Shown here: piece after piece, positions 20,421 to 29,542 of the stretch | Layout: the number at the start of each line of letters is the position of its first letter | How positions within the stretch are numbered: position 1 is the first letter of the stretch | Source: an uncultured bacterium | Lineage (GTDB): Bacteria; Actinomycetota; Coriobacteriia; Coriobacteriales; Atopobiaceae | Assembly (NCBI GenBank): GCA_905214865.1 | Contig: CAJMNO010000005.1 | Coordinates: forward strand, 51,997-115,996 | Direction of reading: 5' to 3' | Length of the DNA: 64,000 nt | Notes under the pieces: model-generated | Told to the model about the DNA's origin: nothing | The model's database searches: none | What the model saw: only the letters and a program-made list of their open reading frames with translations | Made by a program: the position numbers and the translations under genes

Positions 20421-20635
20421 CCACTTCGTCCGCCCGTTCCCGGCTCGCAAGCGCTGGCTGCCAACCCTGGAGACGGGCGGGGGAGGGAATGCCCCTCGCT
20501 CTCATCCACTCCCTGGCCATTGGGGCCCCGGACTCGACCTTGCCGGGAATCGGGTCTCGCGTGTAAACGTGGGAGACCTTCTGCCGGCGGGATGGGTGGG
20601 GAGAACGTCCATGCGCCCCTCTCCCCACCCTTGTG

Positions 20636-21604
20636 CTAGCCGGCCAGGTCGCAAGCCGCCTTGAGCCCATGGGCCCCCCGGGCATGCAGCGCCGCCGACA
20701 CGATGGCATCCTCGAGCGCCTGCGTCGCCGTGACGCCCACCAGGTCCACCGGGGCCTCCACCTGACCCGTCGCCATCACGAAGATCGTGTCGCCGTCGTT
20801 GGTGGTGTGGGTCGGGCGAATCGCATGCGCGTAGGCATCGGCGGACATCTGGGCCACCTTGGTCGCCTGTGCCTTGGTCAGGCGGGCGTTGGTCACCACG
20901 CACGAGATGGTCGTGTTGGTCCGCAGGGGCATGGACGCCGCCGCGTCATCCCACGCCTCCTCCGGCGTCATGATGCTGTCCTGGGTGGGGGAGAGGACCC
21001 CGGCGACCTGGGCTCCCGTCTTGGGGTTCACGACGTTGCCACAGGCGTTGACGGCGGCGATCGCCCCGCAAACGAGCTCCCCCCGCGTGGCGACGGACTC
21101 CCCCAGGCCGGACTTCATGCAGCGCTGGGGCCCGCAGAGCTTTCCCACGGTGCAGCCCGTGCCGGCGCCCACGTTTCCAAGCGAGAGGGGCGTCTCCTCG
21201 CGTCCCAGGGCGCGCCTGACTGCCTCCGTCCCCATCCGGGCGTCGGGCCGCACGTCCGCCCTCCCGCAGGCGAGGTCGAACACGCAGGCGGACGAGACGA
21301 TCGGCACCACGCCCACGCCCACGTCCAGCCCGATGCCTTGCCGCTCCAGCTCCTCCGCGGCCCCGCAGGAGGCGGCAAGGCCATAGGCGCTCCCGCCGGA
21401 GAGGACCACGCAGTTGAGGGCCTGAACCGTCTCCTCCGGCCTGAGGAGGTCGGTCTCGCGCGTCGCCGGGGCGCCTCCCCGCACGTCCACCGCGCCGGTT
21501 GCGCCCTCCGGGCACACGATGACCGTGCAGCCCGTCCCCGCCTCGGCGTTGGTCGCGCTTGCCGCATAGACCCCTGGGATGTCCACGATGCTGCGGATGC
21601 TCAT
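20636..21604 (-). CDS. P1-family peptidase (DmpA/S58-like aminopeptidase)
   Basis: 'GVTATQ' / 'NDGDTIFVMATG' region typical of the DmpA/ArgJ fold; start MSIRSIV; ATG overlaps the maf stop (ATGA). Confidence 0.65.
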   Translation of the reverse strand: MSIRSIVDIPGVYAASATNAEAGTGCTVIVCPEGATGAVDVRGGAPATRETDLLRPEETVQALNCVVLSGGSAYGLAASCGAAEELERQGIGLDVGVGVVPIVSSACVFDLACGRADVRPDARMGTEAVRRALGREETPLSLGNVGAGTGCTVGKLCGPQRCMKSGLGESVATRGELVCGAIAAVNACGNVVNPKTGAQVAGVLSPTQDSIMTPEEAWDDAAASMPLRTNTTISCVVTNARLTKAQATKVAQMSADAYAHAIRPTHTTNDGDTIFVMATGQVEAPVDLVGVTATQALEDAIVSAALHARGAHGLKAACDLAG

Positions 21605-22257
21605 TTCGTCTCCCCTCCGTCGCCGGCGGTGCCGCCCATGTCGCCCGAGAGCGCCCCCTCGAGGAGTCCACGCCCCTCGGGGAACGCGTCGCCGAGCTCG
21701 CGCACCAGGCGCGAGACGGGAAGCCCCACCACGTTGCTGTAGTCGCCCTCGATCGCGCGCACGAGCAGGCGGCCCCTGCCCTGGATGCCGTAGGCGCCCG
21801 CCTTGTCCATGGGCTCGCCGCTCCGCACGTAGGCGTCGATCTGCGCGTCCGAGAGGTCCCAGAACAGCACCCGGGTCGTCTCGACGAACGAGCGGCGCGT
21901 CACGTCCCCGCTGCCGTCGGCGCGGGCGACGCAGACCCCCGTGGAGACGCGGCTCTCCCTTCCCGAGAGCGCCCTCAGCATGTGGTGCGCCTCGGCGGCG
22001 TCCCGCGGCTTGCCCAGCACGTCCCCGTCGGAGTCCCACACGATGGTGTCGGCCGCGAGCACGGTCTGTCCGCCGTCGCGGACGACGGGGTCCGCCAGGC
22101 ACGAGTCGGCCTTCAGGCCCGCGAGACGCTCCACCAGCCGCTCCGGCGGCTCGCCCGCATGGCGCGACTCGTCCACGTCCTGCGGCATCACATGGACCTC
22201 GATGCCCAGCTCCTCTAGGAGCCTCCTCCTCCGAGGAGAGCCCGATGCCAGGATCAT
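21601..22257 (-). CDS. maf: Maf-like nucleoside triphosphate pyrophosphatase
   Basis: 'MILASGSPRRRRLLEELGI' signature N-terminus and 'KAGAYGIQG'. Confidence 0.8.
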   Translation of the reverse strand: MILASGSPRRRRLLEELGIEVHVMPQDVDESRHAGEPPERLVERLAGLKADSCLADPVVRDGGQTVLAADTIVWDSDGDVLGKPRDAAEAHHMLRALSGRESRVSTGVCVARADGSGDVTRRSFVETTRVLFWDLSDAQIDAYVRSGEPMDKAGAYGIQGRGRLLVRAIEGDYSNVVGLPVSRLVRELGDAFPEGRGLLEGALSGDMGGTAGDGGETK

Positions 22258-22335
22258 CGCCTCACCCCCATAAAAAATGGGAACCACCGAGGTGGCTCCC
22301 ATGCAACGACATGTCGTCTCGTCCCGACCAGCGGG

Positions 22336-22521
22336 CTACTCGACGGTGATGGCAGAGACGGGGCAGTTGTCGGCAGCCTCCTGCGCGCTGTCCTCGTTCT
22401 CCTCGGGGAACTCGTCGACGATGACCTCCGCGGTGCCCTCGTCGCCGATGGAGAAGACCTCGGGGCAGGTGGACTCGCACAGACCGCAACCGATGCAATC
22501 CTCGCTGACAGTAGCCTTCAT
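22336..22521 (-). CDS. Small 4Fe-4S ferredoxin
   Basis: 61 aa; 'CIGCGLCESTCP' plus distal 'CP'; RBS GAGAGGAAA. Confidence 0.75.
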   Translation of the reverse strand: MKATVSEDCIGCGLCESTCPEVFSIGDEGTAEVIVDEFPEENEDSAQEAADNCPVSAITVE

Positions 22522-22923
22522 GATTATTTCCTCTCACTCCGATGGGCCGGGCCCCTTACCCGTGCCCTTCCTGCTTCTTTTTACTATTACTCGTGCACGG
22601 ATGCTAGCCCCTTTTCTCGGAGCGGCCAAAAGGACTCCACGCCATGCCGAAGTCCCTTTTGCGGGAGAGAGGGAAGGAGCCTCTCACCTGCGACGACGCA
22701 GACGTGCAATTATGGTTTGACGATTGGGGGGAAACAAGGTGGCCGCGTGGATTCTCATGGGCGAAGGGGGCCACTCCCTCGCCGCTCTACGGTTGCCGCA
22801 CACGCAGGGGCGAGGCCGGCTGCGATCAAGCCCGGCGGGCGGCAGCCGGACATGCTCTGGGGACGCAAGCCTTGGCCAACCAGTGCCTGCCTCCCGTCCC
22901 CCCAAGAGATGGGGCAAGTCGTT
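22522..22923. promoter_or_regulatory. 400-bp GC-rich structured leader/divergent promoter region between the ferredoxin gene and the EAL gene
   Basis: Several inverted repeats: AAAAGGACT...AGTCCCTTTTG, and CCGGCTGC-N17-GCAGCCGG enclosing GCCCG/CGGGC. Confidence 0.3.
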
Positions 22924-24894
22924 ATGAGCAATAGCCGTGCCGTATATATAATTGAACCCATTTCAAATTCTCTTTTCGAAGGAAAAGCAATGGTTTGGGT
23001 GTTTGAATATGCATATTCGGCGCTGTTGTTGCAGTGTCTGCTTCTCTTCTTCTACCTGCTCGGCAAGCAGCTCCCCACATATCAAAATATCTGCTTCCGC
23101 AGGATTCTGGAAACGGGTTGCGTTACCACGACGCTTGATATTGTGACCTGTATCATGTTGGAGCATGTGGATTCGACTCCGCCCTGGCTGCTCCACGGAG
23201 GGCTCATATCCTTCTATATTTTCTTTCTTCTCAGGATGTACCTCCTGTTTGAGTTCACCCTTTGTCTGACAGGAGTGAAGTATCGCCTCGGCAAGGCTGC
23301 CGAAAGGCTGTTTGAGATTCCGCTCCTGTTGTTTTCCGCCTTGACGGTGACGGCACCATGGACGCACTTCATTTACCGGATTGCACCAGATGGAGGGTTC
23401 TTGCACTCTAGGTCCTATTTCTCTCTATACGTGACGTTTGCGATCTACCTCGCCTTGTGCCTCTATCTGGTCATTCGCTACCGCAAGCGACTTCGAAAGC
23501 TTCAGTTTTTTGGGTACATCGGGTTTTGCGGACTTCTGACGCTCGGAAGCATTTCGCGCATGTACAACGACGACAATCTGTCCATGAACCTGTTCTACGC
23601 CATTGCGATCATGGTTATCTATCTAACGATTCAGGATCCGAGCAGGTATCTCAGGGGGAACAACACATTCTTCAACCAAGAGGGGCTGTACGATCTGGCC
23701 TTTGACCACATCGAGCGGAACCAAAAGATGGCACTAATGTGCCTGAGGGTCAACAACTACGAGGAGGTCAAGTCTTCCGTCGGAAAGCGCGGCGGCGTCG
23801 GCATGCAAGAGAACGTTGTGGAGAGCTTCTTCCAATCCATGCCTCGCCCGATGATTGTTTTCTATCTGGGAAACGGCTGCTTTGTCTTGGTCGACCAGGG
23901 CGAAACCGAGGAGGAGGCGTTCCGAGAGGCGGTGGACAAGTACTTCAACGACCCCGTTGACCCCTCGGACGAGCTGCTGACGATGAAGGCCGCCACGGCG
24001 TATATCCCGGCGAGCATGCCCAAGGCCAGCGTCGGCGAGCTGCTCGCTGCCGTCAACTACCTGTTTTCGGAGCTGCGGGCGCGGGGGCGCGAGTCCCGGC
24101 TGATGGGGGATGCGCACACGCTACGGAAAATGGAGCGGGATTTCGAGGTCGACGAGGCATTGGAGAGAACGATTCGCGATGCCTCGATTCTGTTGTACTA
24201 TCAGCCGATTTATTCCTGCAGCGAGCATCGCTTCACCTCAGCCGAGGTGCTTTCGCGAATAGAGGACGAGAAGCTCGGGTTCCTGATGCCGGTGGACTTC
24301 ATCGAGAATGCCGAGCGGAGCGGCAGCATCATGCGGCTCGACCAATTGGTGTACGAGAAGGCCTGCTCGTTCATCCAGCGCAACGACCTTGGGAAGATTG
24401 GCCTGGACTACCTGGAGGTCAACCTCTCTCCCGTCTGCGGCAGCCACGAGGGACTTGAGGACGACCTCAGGCGGCTTGCGGGGAAGTATGGCATCTCCCT
24501 GCATAGCCTCAACCTCGAGATAACGGAGTCCGCCGCCTCGGACATGATGCAGATGTCACGCTACATGGAGGCACTGGGAAGCGAGGGGATGAAGTTCTCG
24601 CTGGATGACTACGGAACTGGCTTCTCCAACGTGATCAAAATCATGAGCCTGCCGTTCGAGATCATCAAGATCGACAAGTCCATCGTCTGGTCCTACTTCA
24701 GGGGCGAGAACAATTATCTGAAGAGCATCATCGGCAACTTCAGGGAGCAGGGGTTCAAGGTCCTGGCGGAGGGGGTGGAGACGGAGGAGATGGCGTCGGA
24801 GCTTGAGAGGCTCGGATGCGACTACGAACAGGGCTTCTACTACTCCAAGCCGATTTGCGAGACCGAGTTTCTGCGGTTCCTGCAAGAGCAGTAG
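22924..24894 (+). CDS. Membrane-anchored c-di-GMP phosphodiesterase-like protein (multi-TM sensor + degenerate GGDEF-like + EAL domain)
   Basis: ~7 predicted TM helices; middle domain lacks GG[DE]EF. EAL-domain motifs 'AEVLSR', 'EITES', 'DDYGTGFSN', 'KIDKSIV', 'AEGVETEE' and 'QGFYYSKP'. GC ~47-53% versus ~67% in the flanks. Confidence 0.75.
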   Translation: MSNSRAVYIIEPISNSLFEGKAMVWVFEYAYSALLLQCLLLFFYLLGKQLPTYQNICFRRILETGCVTTTLDIVTCIMLEHVDSTPPWLLHGGLISFYIFFLLRMYLLFEFTLCLTGVKYRLGKAAERLFEIPLLLFSALTVTAPWTHFIYRIAPDGGFLHSRSYFSLYVTFAIYLALCLYLVIRYRKRLRKLQFFGYIGFCGLLTLGSISRMYNDDNLSMNLFYAIAIMVIYLTIQDPSRYLRGNNTFFNQEGLYDLAFDHIERNQKMALMCLRVNNYEEVKSSVGKRGGVGMQENVVESFFQSMPRPMIVFYLGNGCFVLVDQGETEEEAFREAVDKYFNDPVDPSDELLTMKAATAYIPASMPKASVGELLAAVNYLFSELRARGRESRLMGDAHTLRKMERDFEVDEALERTIRDASILLYYQPIYSCSEHRFTSAEVLSRIEDEKLGFLMPVDFIENAERSGSIMRLDQLVYEKACSFIQRNDLGKIGLDYLEVNLSPVCGSHEGLEDDLRRLAGKYGISLHSLNLEITESAASDMMQMSRYMEALGSEGMKFSLDDYGTGFSNVIKIMSLPFEIIKIDKSIVWSYFRGENNYLKSIIGNFREQGFKVLAEGVETEEMASELERLGCDYEQGFYYSKPICETEFLRFLQEQ

Positions 24895-24897
24895 GGA

Positions 24898-24920
24898 CGG
24901 GGGACGCGCCCCGTTGACCA
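24898..24920. terminator. Hairpin ACGGGGGACGCGCCCCGT after the EAL gene
   Basis: 6-bp GC stem immediately after the stop codon. Confidence 0.4.
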
Positions 24921-25122
24921 CGAGGGTGTGAACCCCCATGCCCCCGTTGGACCTGGCTCCCGAACCGTTCCGTCCTCCGGCCGCCGGCCCTAGGGGGCAT
25001 CTGCCGTGGCCGTCCCCTCACCGTAGAGGTGAGGCCGCCAGGTCTCGTGTCGGGTGGGACTGGGTCGCGCATTGGAGCTGACGGGGTTCCGTCAGGCAAC
25101 AGGGAATGTTGGCGACCCGCTG

Positions 25123-26472
25123 CTAACGAGTGCGCGTCAGCAGCGTCACGGTCTCGACGTGGAAGGTCTGCGGGAACAGGTCCACGGGTGCCACCCAGGC
25201 GGGGGAGAAGACCCCCTCATCCGCAAAGCGCGCGAGGTCGCGCGCCAGGGTCGCCGGGTCGCACGAGACGTAGGCAATTGCCCTCGCGGGCTGTTGGGAC
25301 AGCTTGCGCACCACGCCCGCGGCAAGGCCCGCCCTCGGGGGGTCGACCACGATCACGTCGGCGTCCGCGTCGGGGAACTCCAGGTCCGCGTCGCCGCCCA
25401 CTGGGTCCACGTTGTCCAGGCCGGCGCGCTCCAGGTTCCTCCTGAGGTCGCGCACGGCGGGCCCGTACGACTCCACGGCGTCGACCCAGTCGCAGCGACG
25501 GGCCAGCGGCAGGGTGAAGGTCCCCGCGCCACTGTAGAGGTCCATGGCGCACTCGCCCTCGGCGGGGTCCAGCCCCTCCATCACCAGGCGCACCAGCTCC
25601 TCGGCCCCGCGGGTGTTCACCTGGAAGAACGAGGGGGCGGAGAGGAGCATGGACTCGCCGCCCACGCGCTCCTCCCAGCTGCCGTAGCCGCCCAGCTTCT
25701 CCAGTCCCGACACCTTGCGGGCCTTCTGCGGCCCCTTGGTGAGGACCCTCACCACCGAGGTGGCCCCGGTCGCCTCGCGCAGGATCTTCGCCGCCTGGGC
25801 GCGCGGGAAGCCCCCGGTCTGCGTCCAGAGCGCGACCTCGACCTGGCGGGTCCTCCTCGAGGCGCGGACGCCCACGCGGTCGATCTGGAGCGAGCGCGAG
25901 TTCGAGAGGTACGAGAGCGCACCCGAGACGGACTTGGTCACCTTCTCGAAGCCGCGCTGCAGCAGGGGGCAGCGGTCGACCTTGACCACGCGCTCGCCCG
26001 TGACGTCGTGCATGCCGATCACGCTGCGACGTCCCTGGGCCAGGAACGCGAGCTCGACCTTGTTGCGATACCCCCAGGCGTCGCCGGGGTCGGAGCACGG
26101 CCGCACGAGCCCCTCGGCGTCGTCCTGGGCCATGTGGCCGATCCTCACGAGGGAGTCGACCACGTTGCCGCGCTTGGAGTGCAGCTGCGCCTCGCGGGAC
26201 AGGTGCGCCCACGGGCACCCCCCGCACACGTCCACAAAGGGGCAGGGGATGGTGGAGACGCGCTCGGGCGACGCCTCGAGCACCTCCTCCACCATGGCGT
26301 TGGAGTACGTGGGCTGCTCGCGCGTCACGTGCGCCCTCACGAGGTCGCCGGGCACGGCGCCCCGCACGAACACCGCCTTGCCGTCGTCGGCGTGGGCGAT
26401 GGCGTCGGGGCCGTACGTCATCCGACCAACGCGCAGGGTCAGGGCTTGCTCGCTTCCGGCGGGTTCGGTCAT
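25123..26472 (-). CDS. rlmD: 23S rRNA (uracil-C5)-methyltransferase RlmD/RumA family (TRAM + Fe-S + SAM MTase)
   Basis: TRAM N-terminus; Cys cluster 'CPFVDVCGGCPW'; SAM motif 'DLYSGAGTFTL'; 'DPPRAG'. Confidence 0.8.
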   Translation of the reverse strand: MTEPAGSEQALTLRVGRMTYGPDAIAHADDGKAVFVRGAVPGDLVRAHVTREQPTYSNAMVEEVLEASPERVSTIPCPFVDVCGGCPWAHLSREAQLHSKRGNVVDSLVRIGHMAQDDAEGLVRPCSDPGDAWGYRNKVELAFLAQGRRSVIGMHDVTGERVVKVDRCPLLQRGFEKVTKSVSGALSYLSNSRSLQIDRVGVRASRRTRQVEVALWTQTGGFPRAQAAKILREATGATSVVRVLTKGPQKARKVSGLEKLGGYGSWEERVGGESMLLSAPSFFQVNTRGAEELVRLVMEGLDPAEGECAMDLYSGAGTFTLPLARRCDWVDAVESYGPAVRDLRRNLERAGLDNVDPVGGDADLEFPDADADVIVVDPPRAGLAAGVVRKLSQQPARAIAYVSCDPATLARDLARFADEGVFSPAWVAPVDLFPQTFHVETVTLLTRTR

Positions 26473-26497
26473 GCGGGTCCTCCTCGCGTCTAGAGTT

Positions 26498-26532
26498 GGG
26501 CGGCCCCACCCCGCCTGGGGGAGGGGCCGCTC
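26498..26532 (-). terminator. GC hairpin downstream of ppk1
   Basis: GGGCGGCCCC...GGGGCCGC(TC), ~50 bp after the ppk1 stop. Confidence 0.45.
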
Positions 26533-26583
26533 ACTGCGAGTCCCATCATAGGGTCATCGCGCGCCCGGGCGGGGGCGGAGGCG

Positions 26584-29067
26584 CTATCTACCGGAGAAGA
26601 GCATCCTAAAGCCCTCGCCGATGAGCCTGAGGCCACGGGAGAGGCGCCCCTCTCCCTCGCCGTCGTCCTCCGGCTGGCGCGTCGCGAGAGACGTGCTGGG
26701 CGACGGCTGCGTGGCGCGGTGCGCCGGGGCCTCCGGGGCGGCGGTGGTTGCCGCAGACGGCTTCCCGGATGCGGCCCTCGCCGCCTCCTCGGGCGCCGGC
26801 TTCGCCATCGCCACGACGTCGGCCTCGGCCGTGGAGTAGGTGCCGATGTTGGGGAGACTCAGGAGCTGCCTCTTCATCTCGGGGGTGATCCTGGGCATGA
26901 TGGACGAGGCGGGCGTGACCTCCTCGCTCGCCCTGTCGTCGCCCTCGTGGGCACGCAGGTAGGCCAGCTGCAGCAGCACCTCCTGGCTGTTGATGCGTGG
27001 CGTGCCCTCCTCCACGGGGATGCGCTCCCAGGTGCCCTCGCTCGTCAGGCGGCGTGCCTTGACGTTGTCGGCAAGCTGCAGGCTCATGTACTCGATCACG
27101 AGCTCGCGGCACGTGGGGTCGAGCACGGGGTAGGCTATCTCCACGCGACGCTCGGTGTTGCGGGTCATCATGTCAGCGGACGAGAGGTACACGGTGTCCG
27201 CGTTGACGCCAAACGCGTAGACGCGCGCGTGCTCCAGGAAGCGGCCAACGATCTGGCGCACCACAAGGTTGTCGGTCTTGCCCGGGATGTTTGCCTTGAT
27301 GCAGGCGATGCCGCGCACGATCATGATCACGCGCACGCCAGCCTCGCACGACTCCGAGATCTTGTCGATCACGTCGCGGTCGGTGAGCGAGTTCATCTTG
27401 AGGAACACCTGAGCGGGCTGTCCGGCGCGGGCGCGCTCGATCTCGCGGTCGAGGCCGCGCATCACGAGCGGCTTGAGCCCCGCGGGCGCGACCCCCAGGT
27501 AGCGGTAGTTGCCCAGCAGGTTGCCGATCGAGAGGTTGCGGAAGAACAGATTGCCGTCCTCGCCGATGCCGTGGTGGGCGGTCAGCAGCATGAAGTCCGA
27601 GTACAGGCGTGCAGTCTTCTCGTTGAAGTTGCCCGTGCCCAGGCAGGTGATGCGGCTGATGGCGCCCTTGTCGTGGTAGGTGATCTGGCAGATCTTGGAG
27701 TGGCACTTGAAGCCCTCGGAGCCATAGATGACCGTGCAGCCGGCCGACTCGAGCCGCTCCGCCCAGGCGATGTTGTTCGCCTCGTCAAAGCGCGCGCGGA
27801 GCTCCATCAGCACCGTGACGTCCTTGCCGTTCTCCACCGCCGCGATGAGGCTCTCGCAGAGGTGCGACTGCTTGGCCACGCGGTAGAGGGTGATCTTGAT
27901 CGAGATGCAGTCGTCGTCGGAGGATGCCTCGCGCAGCAGCGTCAGCAGGGGGGACATCGACTCGTAGGGGTAGAAGAGCAGGACGTCGTGGTCCTCGATC
28001 TGCGGGCGCATGGGCTCGTTCATGTTGACCATGGGCGAGATCTGCGGCTCGAAGGGCTGGAACACCAGCTCGTCGTGGCGCTGCGTGGGGATGTGGGACT
28101 CCAGGCCATACACGAAGCCCAGGTCGAGCGGGATGTTCACCCGAGACAGGCGGTCGGGGCGCAGCCCCAGCTCGTCCATCACCAGACGCTCCAGGTCCTC
28201 GTCGAGCGAGCCCCTGATCTCCAGGCGGATGGGCTGCAGTCGCTGGCGCTTCTTGAGCACCTTCTTCATGTGCTGGCGGTAGTCCTCCTCCTCCTCGACG
28301 CCCTCGCCGTCCGGGTCGATGTCCGCGTTGCGGGTGACCCTGATGGTCGCCGCGCGGGTGGGCTCGTAGTCGCCGAAGCAGCTGCCCAGGTAGGTGTAGA
28401 TCACGTCCTCCAGGAGGGTGTAGCGGTATTCCTCGGGGGTCGAGGGGAGCGCCACGACGCGGGGGAGCGACGGGGGTACCTCCACCTGGCCCAGGACGCC
28501 CCGCTCGGTCGGCCCGTCAAGGGAGCACAGCACGTAGAGCAGGCCGTTCCTCAGGTTGGGGAAGGGGTGGCGCGGGTCGATGATCAGGGGGGAGATGATC
28601 GGGGCCACGTTGCGCTCGAACTCCCTCTCGGTGGCCTCTCGGTCCGCCTGGGTGTACTCGAGGGGAGGGACGTAGGTCAGCCCGTGGCGCGAAAGCTCGC
28701 CGGTCACGGCGTTCCACGCCTCCTCCTGGCGTGCGAGCAGGCCAGGAAGCATTCTGAAGACCGAGGATAGCTGCTCGGAGGGCGTCTCGTTGGACTTGTT
28801 GTCGGTGGGCTGGTGCTTCAGCCGCGCGAGGTCGGAAAGCCCGCCCACGCGGATCATGAACCACTCGTCGAGGTTGGAGCCAAAGATCTCGACGAACTTC
28901 AGCCTCTCGAAGAGCGGCACGCTCTCGTCGAAGGCCTCGTCGAGCACCCGGTCGTCAAAGTGGAGCCAGCTCACCTCGCGATTCTGCGTGTACGAGAAGT
29001 CCCGCTCGTGGGGTCGGTCCCCCTTCTCGGCAGCCGATTCCTGCACGAACTCCCCCTTGTTGGCCAT
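26584..29067 (-). CDS. ppk: Polyphosphate kinase 1 with a ~125-aa low-complexity C-terminal extension
   Basis: PPK N, H and C domains ('FKCHSKI', 'HARVYAFG'); start at MANKGEF. The tail is Pro/Ala/Ser-rich and ends in an amphipathic 'RLSRGLRLIGEGFRMLF'. Confidence 0.85.
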   Translation of the reverse strand: MANKGEFVQESAAEKGDRPHERDFSYTQNREVSWLHFDDRVLDEAFDESVPLFERLKFVEIFGSNLDEWFMIRVGGLSDLARLKHQPTDNKSNETPSEQLSSVFRMLPGLLARQEEAWNAVTGELSRHGLTYVPPLEYTQADREATEREFERNVAPIISPLIIDPRHPFPNLRNGLLYVLCSLDGPTERGVLGQVEVPPSLPRVVALPSTPEEYRYTLLEDVIYTYLGSCFGDYEPTRAATIRVTRNADIDPDGEGVEEEEDYRQHMKKVLKKRQRLQPIRLEIRGSLDEDLERLVMDELGLRPDRLSRVNIPLDLGFVYGLESHIPTQRHDELVFQPFEPQISPMVNMNEPMRPQIEDHDVLLFYPYESMSPLLTLLREASSDDDCISIKITLYRVAKQSHLCESLIAAVENGKDVTVLMELRARFDEANNIAWAERLESAGCTVIYGSEGFKCHSKICQITYHDKGAISRITCLGTGNFNEKTARLYSDFMLLTAHHGIGEDGNLFFRNLSIGNLLGNYRYLGVAPAGLKPLVMRGLDREIERARAGQPAQVFLKMNSLTDRDVIDKISESCEAGVRVIMIVRGIACIKANIPGKTDNLVVRQIVGRFLEHARVYAFGVNADTVYLSSADMMTRNTERRVEIAYPVLDPTCRELVIEYMSLQLADNVKARRLTSEGTWERIPVEEGTPRINSQEVLLQLAYLRAHEGDDRASEEVTPASSIMPRITPEMKRQLLSLPNIGTYSTAEADVVAMAKPAPEEAARAASGKPSAATTAAPEAPAHRATQPSPSTSLATRQPEDDGEGEGRLSRGLRLIGEGFRMLFSGR

Positions 29068-29127
29068 CTGTCCCTCCCAAGAATCACCTGCGAATGCCAG
29101 TGCGGTCATTCTAATGCTTGGGGCCAA

Positions 29128-29542
29128 ATGGGAGATCTTGGCCCAACCTGCGGGAGAATTGAATAATGATGGATAATAATAAGAAAGAATAGAATATTAA
29201 CTGCTTGTTACACGACTTTTATGACTCAGGTGGAATAAGAGCGACAGTTCTTGCGCACTCCTGGACAGGTAAGCATGTGGTAATGAATACGCAGCTCAAC
29301 CACCTTGATATTTCGAACGTGACGTGCAAGAAGACCGCTCGTCCTCGTAAACCTACCGTTCCCACTTCTTAATGAAAACAAGGGTGACGTAGCGCCAAGT
29401 ATTGGATATAGTGTTTCTCGGCGTTAGGACGCCCGCCGCGAGCCGGACGAAGAAGCCGCAGCATTTCGAGCCTGGCGAGCACGTGGGTAACGTATTCGTA
29501 AAGTGTTGGTAAGGTGCCAGCACGAAAGGAGAAGGAGGAACC
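29128..29542. promoter_or_regulatory. AT-rich divergent regulatory region between ppk1 and arcA with repeated GAATA/TGAATAAT elements
   Basis: 29158-29200 'TTGAATAATGATGGATAATAATAAGAAAGAATAGAATATTAA'; the rest of the window is ~67% GC. Confidence 0.4.

Noticed and set aside
20019-20635. Possible CRISPR array or small protein genes in the repeat-rich spacer
   Set aside because: Repeats are irregularly spaced (94, 72 and 126 bp apart), vary in orientation and lack spacer-like unique units. The ORFs there are low-complexity GC noise.
22644-22934. 96-aa ORF in the leader upstream of the EAL gene
   Set aside because: No RBS, Arg/Pro-rich composition, and it overlaps inverted-repeat structure; more likely non-coding leader.
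29128-29542. AT-rich block interpreted as an inserted mobile element
   Set aside because: No terminal inverted repeats, transposase or target duplication. Its position between divergent ppk1 and arcA fits a regulatory promoter region.
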